Shown piece after piece: positions 29,095 to 38,783 of a DNA stretch of 64,000 bases. The notes beneath the pieces are model-generated. The model saw nothing but the letters and a program-made list of their open reading frames with translations. It was not told the DNA's origin and searched no databases. Source of the DNA: Candidatus Eiseniibacteriota bacterium (GTDB taxonomy: Bacteria; Eisenbacteria; RBG-16-71-46); NCBI GenBank assembly GCA_016223045.1, contig JACRPT010000004.1:2899-66898 (forward strand). The letters run 5' to 3'. Numbering within the stretch: position 1 is the stretch's first letter; each line of letters begins with the position of its first letter. The translations under genes were made by a program, and so were the position numbers.

Positions 29095-29942
29095 AGCCGG
29101 ACGCGCTGCGCGCGCGGCTGGGCGAGCTGGCGCGCGGGCGGCGCGCGCGCATGGGGCCGGCGGCCGATTCGAGTGCCGCGCCGGTGCACCGCGGTGGCGC
29201 GGACCACGCCGCGCCCGCGGTGGGCGTCGAGGAGTTCCTGCCGGGTGGCGAGTGGAGCGACGGGCGCGGCGCGGTCTACGTGCACGAGCGCCTCCGCTCG
29301 GAGATCGAGCAGCCGCGCCCGTACTGGGGGTGGCTCGAGCGGCCGCCCGCGCACGAGCCCGAGCTGGGAGCGCTGGCGGAGGCGGGGCTCTCACGCGCGC
29401 TCTTCCTCGACCTCGAGACCTGCGGGCTCGCCTCGAGCCCGGTGTTCCTGGCCGGCACCATGCACTGGAACGGCGCGGACTTCGTGCTGCGCCAGTACTT
29501 CGCACGGCACTACGGCGAGGAGGGGACGCTGCTGCGCGCGCTCGACCAGGCGGTGCGCGGCTTCGAGTTCCTGGTCACGTTCAACGGCAAGTCCTACGAC
29601 GCACCGTTCCTCGCCGGCCGCTCGGTGGTGCACGGCGTGCCGCTGGCGCTGCCGCCGCGCCACGTGGACCTGCTGCATGCCGCGCGCCGCCGCTGGAAGA
29701 TCGAGCTGCCCGACTGCCGGCTCACCACGCTCGAGCTGCACGTGTGCCGCCGCCGCCGCGTCGGCGACGTGCCCGGCGAGGAGGTGCCCGGGCTCTACCA
29801 CGACTACGTGAAGCGCGGCGATCCCTACCGGCTCATCCCGGTCTTCCACCACAACCTGCTCGACGTCGTCACCATGGCCGAGGTGCTGCGCGCGTTGTGC
29901 GCGGCCGTGCGCCCGCGGCGGAGCGCGCGCGCCGGGACCTGA
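29088..29942 (+). CDS. DEDD-type 3'-5' exonuclease, RNase-H-like (YprB/MrfB-like)
   Basis: Exo I LFLDLETCGL, Exo II TFNGKSYDAPFL, and Exo III YHDYV...HHNLLDVVTMAEV. Its ATG overlaps the methyltransferase stop (ATGGCTGA). Confidence 0.7.
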   Translation: MAEPDALRARLGELARGRRARMGPAADSSAAPVHRGGADHAAPAVGVEEFLPGGEWSDGRGAVYVHERLRSEIEQPRPYWGWLERPPAHEPELGALAEAGLSRALFLDLETCGLASSPVFLAGTMHWNGADFVLRQYFARHYGEEGTLLRALDQAVRGFEFLVTFNGKSYDAPFLAGRSVVHGVPLALPPRHVDLLHAARRRWKIELPDCRLTTLELHVCRRRRVGDVPGEEVPGLYHDYVKRGDPYRLIPVFHHNLLDVVTMAEVLRALCAAVRPRRSARAGT

Positions 29943-30074
29943 GGCGCGCTGCGGGATGCGGCGCGGGGGATTGCGGGCTGCACGGCCGCGGGTCGCGCGC
30001 CCGACGGGCGCACCGCAACCGCCGCACGTTGCGCAGGCGCGGCGCGCGTGGCTCGCGGGTTGCAAGGTCCGGCG

Positions 30075-30257
30075 CTAGCCCGGTCTATTCATGAGCCCGC
30101 CGCCTGCGAGCGCGATCTGCACGCCATCCGCGGCGTCGTTCGACCGGCCGCTTCCTCGACGTGTTGACAACACGACTCCGTCGCGGCCGGTCGAACTCCT
30201 TGCGGCTGCCGCGCATCTCGCACTCTCGGCTGGCGGTTCATGAATAGACCGGGCTAG
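30075..30257. mobile_element. Correia-like MITE / palindromic repeat, copy 2 (183 bp)
   Basis: Same terminal inverted repeats as copy 1, with a perfect right end. The centre contains the palindrome CGTGTTGACAACACG, which carries a TTGACA hexamer. It lies 44 bp upstream of the pilin-like gene. Confidence 0.6.
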
Positions 30258-30301
30258 GAACCCCTCGGCTTCATCTCCCTCGGAAGGAGTGGAGCCAGTC
30301 C

Positions 30302-30784
30302 ATGGACCTGGAACGCGGGTTCACGCTGCTTGAGCTGCTCATCGCCGTGGTGATCGCCGGCGTGCTCGCCGCGGTCGCGGTGCCCCGGTATCACGCCATG
30401 ACCGAGCGCGCGCGCGAGGCCGCGACGCTCGAGAACATGCACGCCTTCCGGCTCGCGGTCGAGGGCTGCGCGGTCGCCAGCGACAGCGGGTCCTACCCGG
30501 CATCGGCGGCGGAGGTCGCTGCGCAGCTCGCGCCCGGGTTCGCCAATCCCTTCGACGGCGGGCAGGGCGAGCACCGGGCCTGGGAGAATCTCCAGGCGCC
30601 TCCGGCCACGAACGCGCCCTATCCCGGCATCATCCGCTACGCCAGCTCGGACGGTGGCGCGGGCTACGAGATCGCGGCATGGGGCGCGCACGCCCCGGTC
30701 GGCGGCGCGCTCGACGCAGCGGCGGCGTCCGCGGCGAAGTCGGGGCCCGGCAGCGGCCGGCGCCGTCCCGCGTACACGCGATGA
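30302..30784 (+). CDS. Prepilin-type N-terminal cleavage/methylation-domain protein (type IV pilin / pseudopilin-like)
   Basis: GFTLLELLIAVVIAGVLAAVAVP, the class III signal and hydrophobic helix. GGAAGGAG ribosome-binding site upstream. Confidence 0.75.
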   Translation: MDLERGFTLLELLIAVVIAGVLAAVAVPRYHAMTERAREAATLENMHAFRLAVEGCAVASDSGSYPASAAEVAAQLAPGFANPFDGGQGEHRAWENLQAPPATNAPYPGIIRYASSDGGAGYEIAAWGAHAPVGGALDAAAASAAKSGPGSGRRRPAYTR

Positions 30785-30859
30785 GGCGGCACCGCCCGGC
30801 CTGCCGGGATCGCCCGCCGCCCCGGGCGGCCGCGAGGGCCCGGGAAGCCCGCCCGTCCG

Positions 30860-30889
30860 TTGACACCCCTCTCCGGGCGAACCTATACT
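30860..30889 (+). promoter_or_regulatory. Sigma70-like promoter for the cold-shock gene, followed by a 5'UTR of about 190 nt
   Basis: TTGACA (30860-30865), an 18-bp spacer, then TATACT (30884-30889). The ATG is at 31084. Confidence 0.5.
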
Positions 30890-31083
30890 TTCCGCGCAGT
30901 TCAACGGTGACCCGGTCCAGTCCGCGTGGTACGTCCGTGAGCCTCGCTTCCCGTCAGTCCGTCATCCGAGTCGTTCCCCGGGTCGTCCGTCTCATCGTGT
31001 GAGCCGCCCTGGCAGCCCTCCGCTGCCGGGGCATCTGTGTTTTCGGGCAATGCGTCCAACCTTTCTCGGAGGCTCGGGGCGAC

Positions 31084-31683
31084 ATGGCTACCGGCGAGGA
31101 TCGGCACATCAAGTGCGTGGATTGCGGTGAGGAGTTCCTGTTCACCGCGGGGGAGCAGGCGTTCTACGCCTCGAAGGGTCTGACCAACGCGCCCACCCGG
31201 TGCAAGCGCTGCCGCGAGCAGCGCAAGAACCAGCGCCCGGGCGGTGGCGCTCGCGCAACCGAGTCGGCGGGTCGGCACGGCGGTTCCGAGCGCCCCATGC
31301 ACGACGCCGTGTGCTCCGAGTGCGGAGCCCCCACGCAGGTGCCGTTCGTGCCGGTCGGTGACCGGCCGATCTACTGCAAGACCTGCTACCAGTCGAAGCG
31401 CAGCCCGAAGGGCGGGCGCCGCGAGCGCGCGGCGCCGGCGCCGGCGGCCGCGACCACGAGCGCGGGCGGCTCCTCCGGCCGCAGCCAGGGCGCGGTCAAG
31501 TGGTTCAACGAGTCGAAGGGGTTCGGCTTCATCCAGGATGACTCGGGCGAGGACATCTTCGTCCACTTCTCGGCCATCCAGTCGGACGGGCTCCGCACGC
31601 TCGCCGAGGGCGACCGCGTGGAGTACGACGTCGTTCCGGGAGACAAGGGCAAGCAGGCGGCCAACGTCGTCCACGTCCAGTGA
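31084..31683 (+). CDS. Cold-shock-domain protein with two N-terminal CxxC-x17-CxxC zinc ribbons (zf-trcl-like)
   Basis: The C-terminal CSD has the RNP1 and RNP2 motifs ([17 protein letters not shown]). The N-terminus carries two repeats of C..CG..F.F...EQ.FY..KGL...P.RCK.CR. GGAGG ribosome-binding site. Confidence 0.8.
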   Translation: MATGEDRHIKCVDCGEEFLFTAGEQAFYASKGLTNAPTRCKRCREQRKNQRPGGGARATESAGRHGGSERPMHDAVCSECGAPTQVPFVPVGDRPIYCKTCYQSKRSPKGGRRERAAPAPAAATTSAGGSSGRSQGAVKWFNESKGFGFIQDDSGEDIFVHFSAIQSDGLRTLAEGDRVEYDVVPGDKGKQAANVVHVQ

Positions 31684-31765
31684 CGCGCGCCTGGCCCGCG
31701 CCGTCCGTGCCGGGGCCCCTGCGCAGGACGCGCGGGGGCCTTTTCCAGCCACCCACCGGAGACCC

Positions 31766-33412
31766 ATGCTCGAGACCGTCAAGGCCTTCAGCGCGCTGAG
31801 CGAGGAGTTCGTGGAGTGCTCGATGCGGCACGACCCGGTGGCCGCCACCGCGGCCGGCATCCACGACTACGACCACCTCTACCCGGACGACACGCCGGAG
31901 GGCTTCGGCGAGCGCGCCGCGTGGCTGCGTGACCTGGAGCAGCGCCTGGTCGCCTCGGTGCCGTGGGAGGAGCTACCGCCCGAGCACCGCGTGGACTACG
32001 CGCTGCTGCGCTCGCGTGTCGCCTCGCAGCGGGCCGATCTCGAGGAGATCCGCACCGCGGCGCGCGACCCGGTCAGGTACCCGCAGGCCGCGCTGCTGGG
32101 CGTGTTCCTGCTGATGGCGCGGCCGTTCGCGCCGCTCGAGGAGCGCAAGGAGGCGGCGCTCGCGCGCCTGATGGCGGTGCCCGACTACCTGAAGGCCGCG
32201 CGCGCGAACCTGGGGACGGTGCCGCCGCTGTTCGTCGAGATCGCCTCCGAGGTGAACGCGACCGGCCCGGGCTTCGTCGAGGACGTGACACGCACGCTCA
32301 TCCGCAGCTTCCCCGGCGAGGCCGAGCGCATCGAGCACGCCGGGGGACGGGCGCGCATGGGCTTCCTCCAGTACCAGGAGTTCCTCGACCGGGACCTCCG
32401 CCCGCGCGCCGGGGGCGGCATCGCCATCGGCGAGCGCTGGATGAACTTCAAGCTGGAACGCGAGCACCTGCTGGGCCTGGACTGCGCGACGCTCGAGGCG
32501 TTCGGCCGCGAGCACCTCGAGCGCACGCGGGCGCTGCTCGAGCAGGAGGCCCGGCGCCTCGACCCGCAGCGTTCGTGGCAGGAACAGATCGCCGAGGCCC
32601 GGCAGCGCCATCCCGAGGCACTGCGGGTGCGCGACGCCTACGTGGCCGAGGTCGAGCGCGCGCGCCGCTTCGTCGAGGAGCAGCACCTGGCGCCGCTTCC
32701 CGACGCACGGCTCGAGATCCTCGACACGCCGGTCTTCGAGCGGGCCACCACGCCGCACGCGACCTACCTGCGGCCCGCGCCGTTCGACGTGGACCAGACC
32801 GGCTACCTCTTCGTGACCCCCGTGGACCTGTCGCGCCGGCGCGACGAGCACGCACAGCAGCTCCAGGGGCATGCCTATCCGGCGCTGCCGCTGATCGCGC
32901 TCCACGAGACCTGGCCCGGGCACCACCTGCAGCTCGGCCACGCGGTGCGCGCGGGCTCGCGGCTGCGCCGGCTCGCCGACAGCCCGCTGTTCGCGGAGGG
33001 CTGGGCGCTCTACTGCGCGGAGCTGATGTACGAGCAGGGCTACTTCCTCGATCCGCTCACCCGGCTCTGGCAGCTGCGGGACCAGCTGTGGCGGGCCTGC
33101 CGCGTGGTGATCGACGTCGGACTTCACACCGGGCGCATGAGCTTCGAGCAGGCGGTGGACTTCCTGGTCGGGGAGGCGATGATCGAGCGCGTGAACGCCG
33201 ATGCAGAGGTCAGGCGCTACGCCCTCACGCCCACCGAACCCATGAGCTACCTGGTGGGCAAGACCCTGCTGCTCGAGCAGCGGGTGGACGCGAGGCGCCG
33301 GCTCGGCGAGCGCTTCGACCTCTACGAGTTCCATGCCGCGCTGCTCGCGAGCGGCACGGTGCCGCCCGCGCTGCTGGCCGAGGAGCTGTGGACCCGCCTG
33401 GGGGTCGCGTGA
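31766..33412 (+). CDS. DUF885-family protein (putative metallopeptidase-like)
   Basis: HETWPGHHLQ signature and the overall DUF885 architecture. Start at the internal ATG 31766. Confidence 0.7.
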   Translation: MLETVKAFSALSEEFVECSMRHDPVAATAAGIHDYDHLYPDDTPEGFGERAAWLRDLEQRLVASVPWEELPPEHRVDYALLRSRVASQRADLEEIRTAARDPVRYPQAALLGVFLLMARPFAPLEERKEAALARLMAVPDYLKAARANLGTVPPLFVEIASEVNATGPGFVEDVTRTLIRSFPGEAERIEHAGGRARMGFLQYQEFLDRDLRPRAGGGIAIGERWMNFKLEREHLLGLDCATLEAFGREHLERTRALLEQEARRLDPQRSWQEQIAEARQRHPEALRVRDAYVAEVERARRFVEEQHLAPLPDARLEILDTPVFERATTPHATYLRPAPFDVDQTGYLFVTPVDLSRRRDEHAQQLQGHAYPALPLIALHETWPGHHLQLGHAVRAGSRLRRLADSPLFAEGWALYCAELMYEQGYFLDPLTRLWQLRDQLWRACRVVIDVGLHTGRMSFEQAVDFLVGEAMIERVNADAEVRRYALTPTEPMSYLVGKTLLLEQRVDARRRLGERFDLYEFHAALLASGTVPPALLAEELWTRLGVA

Positions 33413-34362
33413 CGCGCGCCGCGCTGCTCGTGGCGGCGGCGCTCCCGCCCGGGGCCGGCGGCGCGCTCTCGCCCGGGGCCGGCGGTCGGCGCACGCGCCC
33501 GGCGGTCCGCGCGGTGCGAACGGCGCTGCTGGCGATGCTGCCGCTCCTCGGAGCGGCTGGCGACGCGCCCGCGGCACGTCCCGCGCCCGAGCACGCGCAG
33601 AACCCCGGCGCGCCCGCTGTCGCCGCCGAAGCGGTGACGTTCCCCGCCGCCGACAGCCTGCCGGTCTCCGGCTGGTGGCTCGCCGGGCCCGCGGGGGCGC
33701 CGGCCGTGGTGATCGGCGGGCGCGGCGCCGGCAGCACGGCCGACCGGCTCCCCGCGGCGCGGGCGTTCCTGGAGCGCGGCTTCGCGGTGCTCACCTTCGA
33801 CTACCGCGGCTGCGGCCCCGGGCACGACCCGGCCACCGACGATTCGCTGCGCACCATCGTGTTCGCCTCGGCCTGGGTGGACGACATGCTGGGCGCGCTG
33901 CGCTACGCGCGGAGCCGCGCCGGGAGCGGCCGTCACGTGTTCGCATGGGGCCAGGACCCGGGCGGCGCGGTGGCGGTGGCCGCCGCCGCGCGCGAGCGGA
34001 GGAGCTGCGACGCGGTCGCCACCGAGGGCCTGTTCCGCACCGCGCAGGACCACCTGCGGATGCTCGGCACCTCGACCATCCCGCACGTGGCGGAGCGCCA
34101 CGGCGTGCTGGTGCGGGGCGGTGACGATCCGATCTCGGCCTGCGCGCGGCTCATGGTGCCGCTCCTCACCGTGCTCGCCGGCAGGGACGACGTCACGCCG
34201 CCCACGGTGACCAGGCAGGTGGCCGCGCGATGCCTCGTCCGCTGGGAATCGTGGGCCATCCCCGAGGCGAAGCACGAGGGCGCCGAGCAGACGCCGGGCT
34301 ACTTCGACCGGATCGCGGCGTGGTTCAAGCGGTGGACCGCCTTCCCGGCCGGCGGAAGCTGA
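33409..34362 (+). CDS. Alpha/beta-hydrolase-fold protein (dienelactone-hydrolase-like)
   Basis: GRGAGSTAD...FDYRGCG...FAWGQDPGG...D..H pattern. A GTG start overlaps the upstream stop (GTGA). The start is uncertain. Confidence 0.55.
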   Translation: MTRAALLVAAALPPGAGGALSPGAGGRRTRPAVRAVRTALLAMLPLLGAAGDAPAARPAPEHAQNPGAPAVAAEAVTFPAADSLPVSGWWLAGPAGAPAVVIGGRGAGSTADRLPAARAFLERGFAVLTFDYRGCGPGHDPATDDSLRTIVFASAWVDDMLGALRYARSRAGSGRHVFAWGQDPGGAVAVAAAARERRSCDAVATEGLFRTAQDHLRMLGTSTIPHVAERHGVLVRGGDDPISACARLMVPLLTVLAGRDDVTPPTVTRQVAARCLVRWESWAIPEAKHEGAEQTPGYFDRIAAWFKRWTAFPAGGS

Positions 34363-34482
34363 GGGGCTGGCCGCTCCTCTCTGCCGGCGGCTGGTGAGGC
34401 GCGCCGCCCCGGCCCGCGTCGTCGTCGTTGTGGACGCCTCCCGGGTTGCGCCTCCTCGCGCGCCTCCCCATACTGCCGCCCC

Positions 34483-35748
34483 ATGCGCAACGGGCTCTCG
34501 CTGCGGATGCTGATCGGCCTCCTCGCCGGGCTCGTGCTCGGCGTGGGCGCGCATCTCGCCTTCGGCGCCGCACCGCCGCTCGAGAGCTTCGTCAGGAACG
34601 TCACCGAGCCGGCGGGCCGCATCTTCCTCAGGCTGCTCTTCGTGCTGGTGATCCCGCTCATCCTCTCGGCGCTCGCGCTCGGCGTGGCCGGGCTCGGCGA
34701 CCTGCGGCGCCTCGGCAGGATCGGGCTCAAGACGCTCGCCTACACCGTGGTGGTCTCGACCATCGCGGTGCTGATCGGCGTCGGGATGGTGGACCTGTTC
34801 AAGCCCGGCGCGGGACTCTCGCCCGACCTCAAGGCGCGCCTCACCGCGCGCGCGGTGGCCCCGGCCGCGGCGCCGGCGGCGGGGACCACCGGCGTGGACT
34901 TCCTGGTCAACCTGGTGCCCAACAACATCGTCCGGGCGATGGGCGAGGGCGACATGCTGGCCGTGATGGTGTTCGCCCTGATGCTCGGCATCGGCCTCGC
35001 CATCACCAGGAGCGACGCGGCGCGGCGGCTCGAGGAGGCGCTCCAGGGGCTCTACGACGTGGTGATGCGCCTGCTCGGGCTGGTCATCCAGGTCGCGCCC
35101 GTGGGCGTGGCGTGCCTGATGTTCACGCTCACCGCGCGGCTCGGCTACGACGTGCTGCGCCAGCTCGGCGCCTACGTGCTGGTGGTGGTGGTCGGGCTGG
35201 CCATCCAGCAGTTCGTGGTCTACTCGATGTCGGTGGCGTGGCTGGGCGGCATGAGCCCGCTGCGGTTCTTCCGCGGCATCCGCGCGGCGATGCTCACCGC
35301 GTTCTCCACCGCCTCGAGCAACGCCACGCTGCCCACCTCGCTGCTGGTGGCGGAGCAGGAGCTGAAGCTCCCGTCGCACGTGAGCCGGTTCGTCCTGACC
35401 GTCGGCTCGACCGCGAACCAGAACGGCACGGCGCTGTTCGAGGGAGTGACCGTGCTGTTCCTCGCCCAGTTCTACGGCATCCACCTCGCGTTCACCCAGC
35501 AGCTCACGGTGGTGTTCATCTGCATCCTGGGCGGCATCGGCACCGCCGGCGTGCCGGCCGGCTCGATCCCGGTGGTGGTGATGATCCTGGGGCTGGTGGG
35601 AGTGCCCGCCGAGGGGATCGGCATGATCCTCGGCGTGGACCGCTTCCTCGACATGTGCCGCACCACGCTCAACGTGACCGGTGACCTCGCGGCCGCGGTC
35701 GTGGTGTCGCGCGGCGAGCCCGAGACGGTGGTGGCGGAAACGCCGTAG
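34483..35748 (+). CDS. Dicarboxylate/amino-acid:cation symporter (DAACS; GltP/DctA-like)
   Basis: 421 aa and polytopic. Conserved AFSTASSNATLP and GIGTAGVPAGS hairpin motifs. Confidence 0.85.
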   Translation: MRNGLSLRMLIGLLAGLVLGVGAHLAFGAAPPLESFVRNVTEPAGRIFLRLLFVLVIPLILSALALGVAGLGDLRRLGRIGLKTLAYTVVVSTIAVLIGVGMVDLFKPGAGLSPDLKARLTARAVAPAAAPAAGTTGVDFLVNLVPNNIVRAMGEGDMLAVMVFALMLGIGLAITRSDAARRLEEALQGLYDVVMRLLGLVIQVAPVGVACLMFTLTARLGYDVLRQLGAYVLVVVVGLAIQQFVVYSMSVAWLGGMSPLRFFRGIRAAMLTAFSTASSNATLPTSLLVAEQELKLPSHVSRFVLTVGSTANQNGTALFEGVTVLFLAQFYGIHLAFTQQLTVVFICILGGIGTAGVPAGSIPVVVMILGLVGVPAEGIGMILGVDRFLDMCRTTLNVTGDLAAAVVVSRGEPETVVAETP

Positions 35749-35817
35749 GATCCCTGTCGAGGAGCGGCCGGACGCGGCCCGACTTCTTCAGCGGGCCCTG
35801 AGCAGGCCCGGTCTGGC

Positions 35818-37410
35818 TCAGCGTCGCCGGTAGACCTCCGCATCGCCCGCGGCGAACGCGCGCTCGAACCCGGCCGGGATGACGGGGCCGGGCGCTCCCG
35901 CCACGATCCAGTCCACGCGCGCGAGCAGCGTGTCGGGGAGCGGCGCGCCGCGGTAGAACCCTGCGACCGCCGCGCGCGTTTCCGCCGCGCGCGGGGTCTC
36001 GGCGGGGTGGCCGTGCACCACGCGCAGCGGCGTCGAGGCCATCACGAACAGGCTGGCGGCCGGCGGCGCCAGCACCACCTCGCGCTCGCGCGCGTGCGCG
36101 CGCAGGAAGCGGATCGCGTCCCACTCGCCCCGGCTCATGAACACCGTGCGGTCGTGGCGCACCATGAGCATCAGGCTCGCGCCCAGCACCAGCACGCTCC
36201 CCAGCGCGTTGAAGGTCACGAACAGGCCGCGCTCCAGCCCGGTGTCCGGCCCGCGCGCGCGCTCCAGCGCGATCGCGGCGAGCAGGGCGACCGGGACGTA
36301 GGCCGCGAAGTCGAAACGCCGGCCCTGGTACCAGGGCAGCGCGACCAGCACCGCGGTCGCCGCGAGCCACGCCAGCAGGAGCAGGTCGTTCGCGCTGCGG
36401 CGCCGCGCGGCCCGCACGGCGCCCGCCAGCGCGAAGGGCAGGAGCAGGCCGGCCGCGAGCACCAACTGCCACGCGGGCGGCGCGGGCGTGCGCACCTGCT
36501 CACGCCAGCCGGCGTAGGCCGGGTTCAGCGCGATGGTCGCGATCTCGTGGAGGACGAACGGGAGCGAGGCCGCTGCGAGCACCAGCAGCCGCAGGAGAGA
36601 GTCGCGCGGCGGGCGGCGCTCGCGGGCCCAGCGCACGGCCACCCACGCGCCGCCGACGGCCCCCGCGATCGCGGTGCCGAATGGCTGGACGATGGCGAGC
36701 ACGAGCGCGCCCGCGACCAGGCGACCCCAGCTGCCGCGCGGCGGGGCGCCGTCTTCCGGCACGAGCGCGTCGAGCACCCAGAGCTGGGCCGCCAGCGCGA
36801 GCGTCAGGTGCAGGCTCACCAGCATGGCGAAGCAGGGGAAGGTCTCGGGCATGCTCAGCTCGGTGGAGCGCACTCCGGTGGCGAGCAGTACGACCCAGCC
36901 GAGCCCGGCGCCGGTGGCGCACAGCAGGAACGCGAAGCGGCGCTGCCGCGGCTTCGCGTGGAAGCGCGCGACGAAGGCGTAGAGCGTAGCCAGCAGCAGC
37001 GCGCCGCACGCGAGCCGCGTCAGGTGGAGCACCGTCACCGGGTCGAGGCGGGTCCCGGCGCTGACGTGGCCGAGCAGCAGGTACTCGGGATAGAAGAACG
37101 CGCCCGGTCCGTCCGCGAGCGCGTAGGGCGGGCGGTGGAGCCAGTGGCCCCGCACGCCCTCCCACAGCGTGGAGAGCAGCAGGCTGTCGTCGGGCGGATA
37201 CCAGATGAAGCCGCCCCAGTGAAGCGAGGCCGGGGTGCGCAGCACGGCCCACAACCAGGGGAGCGCGGCCGCCGCGAGGATGAGCGCGGACGCGGCGGCG
37301 AGCCACGCCCACTCGCGGCGCTCCACCCGGCGCGGCGACGGGGCCGCCGGCTCGGCCGGCAGCCCCGTCCCGGGTCTCGCGGTCACCTCAGGAGATGGCG
37401 TGTGTCGCAC
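35818..37410 (-). CDS. Polytopic integral membrane protein of unknown function (possibly glycosyltransferase-like)
   Basis: 530 aa with many hydrophobic segments and protein-like composition. The start is uncertain. Confidence 0.45.
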   Translation of the reverse strand: MRHTPSPEVTARPGTGLPAEPAAPSPRRVERREWAWLAAASALILAAAALPWLWAVLRTPASLHWGGFIWYPPDDSLLLSTLWEGVRGHWLHRPPYALADGPGAFFYPEYLLLGHVSAGTRLDPVTVLHLTRLACGALLLATLYAFVARFHAKPRQRRFAFLLCATGAGLGWVVLLATGVRSTELSMPETFPCFAMLVSLHLTLALAAQLWVLDALVPEDGAPPRGSWGRLVAGALVLAIVQPFGTAIAGAVGGAWVAVRWARERRPPRDSLLRLLVLAAASLPFVLHEIATIALNPAYAGWREQVRTPAPPAWQLVLAAGLLLPFALAGAVRAARRRSANDLLLLAWLAATAVLVALPWYQGRRFDFAAYVPVALLAAIALERARGPDTGLERGLFVTFNALGSVLVLGASLMLMVRHDRTVFMSRGEWDAIRFLRAHAREREVVLAPPAASLFVMASTPLRVVHGHPAETPRAAETRAAVAGFYRGAPLPDTLLARVDWIVAGAPGPVIPAGFERAFAAGDAEVYRRR

Positions 37411-37441
37411 GCGGATCCCTGCGGCTTCGCATCTCGTACCG

Positions 37442-38761
37442 CTACCGCCTCCACGGGAAGAGCGCGAGGAACTCCGACTGGAAGCCGCGGAGGTTCGACG
37501 GATCCAGCCCCTCCTCGCGCGCCCGCCGGATCTCGGACGAGCTCAGCGTCGCCGCCTCGCTCAGGTCCACGCGCGGCACCCCGGCGCCGTACGTGGCGTT
37601 CACCGCGTCGATGAGCGCGTTGGCGAGGATGCCGTGCGCGAGGTCGTTCGGGTGCACGCCGTCCAGGCTGAACAGCCCGCCCGAGATGAACGCGCTGGTG
37701 TAGGTCACGCCGCCGATCTCGAAGCCGGTGCTCGCGGCCTGGCGCAGCAGCCCGTTCAGGTCCACCAGCGCCACGCCCCTCGCGGCCGCGGCGCCCGCGA
37801 TCGCGGAGTTGTAGCCGTTGATCACGTTCTGGAGGCTGGTGGCCTCGGCGGCGGTGAGCACCTGCCAGTCCGCCAGCGGCCGGCCGTTGCCGCCCGCGGG
37901 CACGGGGACGCCGGTGCCGACGGCGAGCGAGTCCGCGGCGGTCAGCAGCACATGGTCGCTCTCGGAGAGCGGCCCGCTGCTGCCGAGGAACGGGATGTGG
38001 ACGCCGCCGGGGCCGACGGCGTACGGCAGGATCGTGGTCACGAACGGGATCGAGGTCACGTCCGGCACGTTGAAGAGCGCGAGCTTCACGTTCGGCAGCG
38101 CCGTGGTGAGCCCGGTCAGCGTGCCGGTGAGCAGCGCCGCGAAGGTCGGCACGTCGAAGCTGACCGTGCCCGAGCCGCTGGTCGCCGGGCCCAGCACCTC
38201 GTTCGCGCCCAGCTCGAACGTGACGAAGGTCGGGTTCAGGCTCACCGCCTGCGCCAGGATGGTGCCGCGGTGCCGCACGATGATGTCGAACATCGTGCTC
38301 GGGCGAGCGAACGGGTTCGAGTAGTAGAAGGAGCTGTCGGCCACGTCGAAGAGCAGCGCGCCCGGCACGCCCATGTCGTGGTAGGCGGTGGCCTGCCCGA
38401 TGTTGACCGGCGAGCCAGTGACGCGGCCGAGACTGTCGATCACGAGTGGACTCAGCGACTTGAGCGCGAGCAGCGGCGGGATGCCGTCCCCGTTGATGCT
38501 CGGGTAGGTGTAGGCCGCCGAGCCGGCCGCGCTCGCGAACAGCTTTGGGAAGCCGTGGATCTGGTGGCGATCCACCAGGCCGCCCGATTCGAAGCCGGCG
38601 CTGATGCTGGTGCCGATGGCGACGTAGCGGGTGAAGTCGGCGCTGCCGCTGCGCAGCGCGGGGGCGTTGATGGCGGTGATCTTCGAGCACGGGCCGGTGC
38701 AGCCGGCCAGCGACAGCGCGGCCACCGCGACGCTCGCATAGAGAAGGACTTTCCGATTCAT
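37442..38761 (-). CDS. SGNH/GDSL-family hydrolase lipoprotein
   Basis: Internal ATG followed by MNRKVLLYASVAVAALSLAGC (lipobox). Block I GTSISAGF and block V DGVHPND. Confidence 0.65.
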   Translation of the reverse strand: MNRKVLLYASVAVAALSLAGCTGPCSKITAINAPALRSGSADFTRYVAIGTSISAGFESGGLVDRHQIHGFPKLFASAAGSAAYTYPSINGDGIPPLLALKSLSPLVIDSLGRVTGSPVNIGQATAYHDMGVPGALLFDVADSSFYYSNPFARPSTMFDIIVRHRGTILAQAVSLNPTFVTFELGANEVLGPATSGSGTVSFDVPTFAALLTGTLTGLTTALPNVKLALFNVPDVTSIPFVTTILPYAVGPGGVHIPFLGSSGPLSESDHVLLTAADSLAVGTGVPVPAGGNGRPLADWQVLTAAEATSLQNVINGYNSAIAGAAAARGVALVDLNGLLRQAASTGFEIGGVTYTSAFISGGLFSLDGVHPNDLAHGILANALIDAVNATYGAGVPRVDLSEAATLSSSEIRRAREEGLDPSNLRGFQSEFLALFPWRR

Positions 38762-38783
38762 CGTTCTCGCTCTCCTCGAGCCG

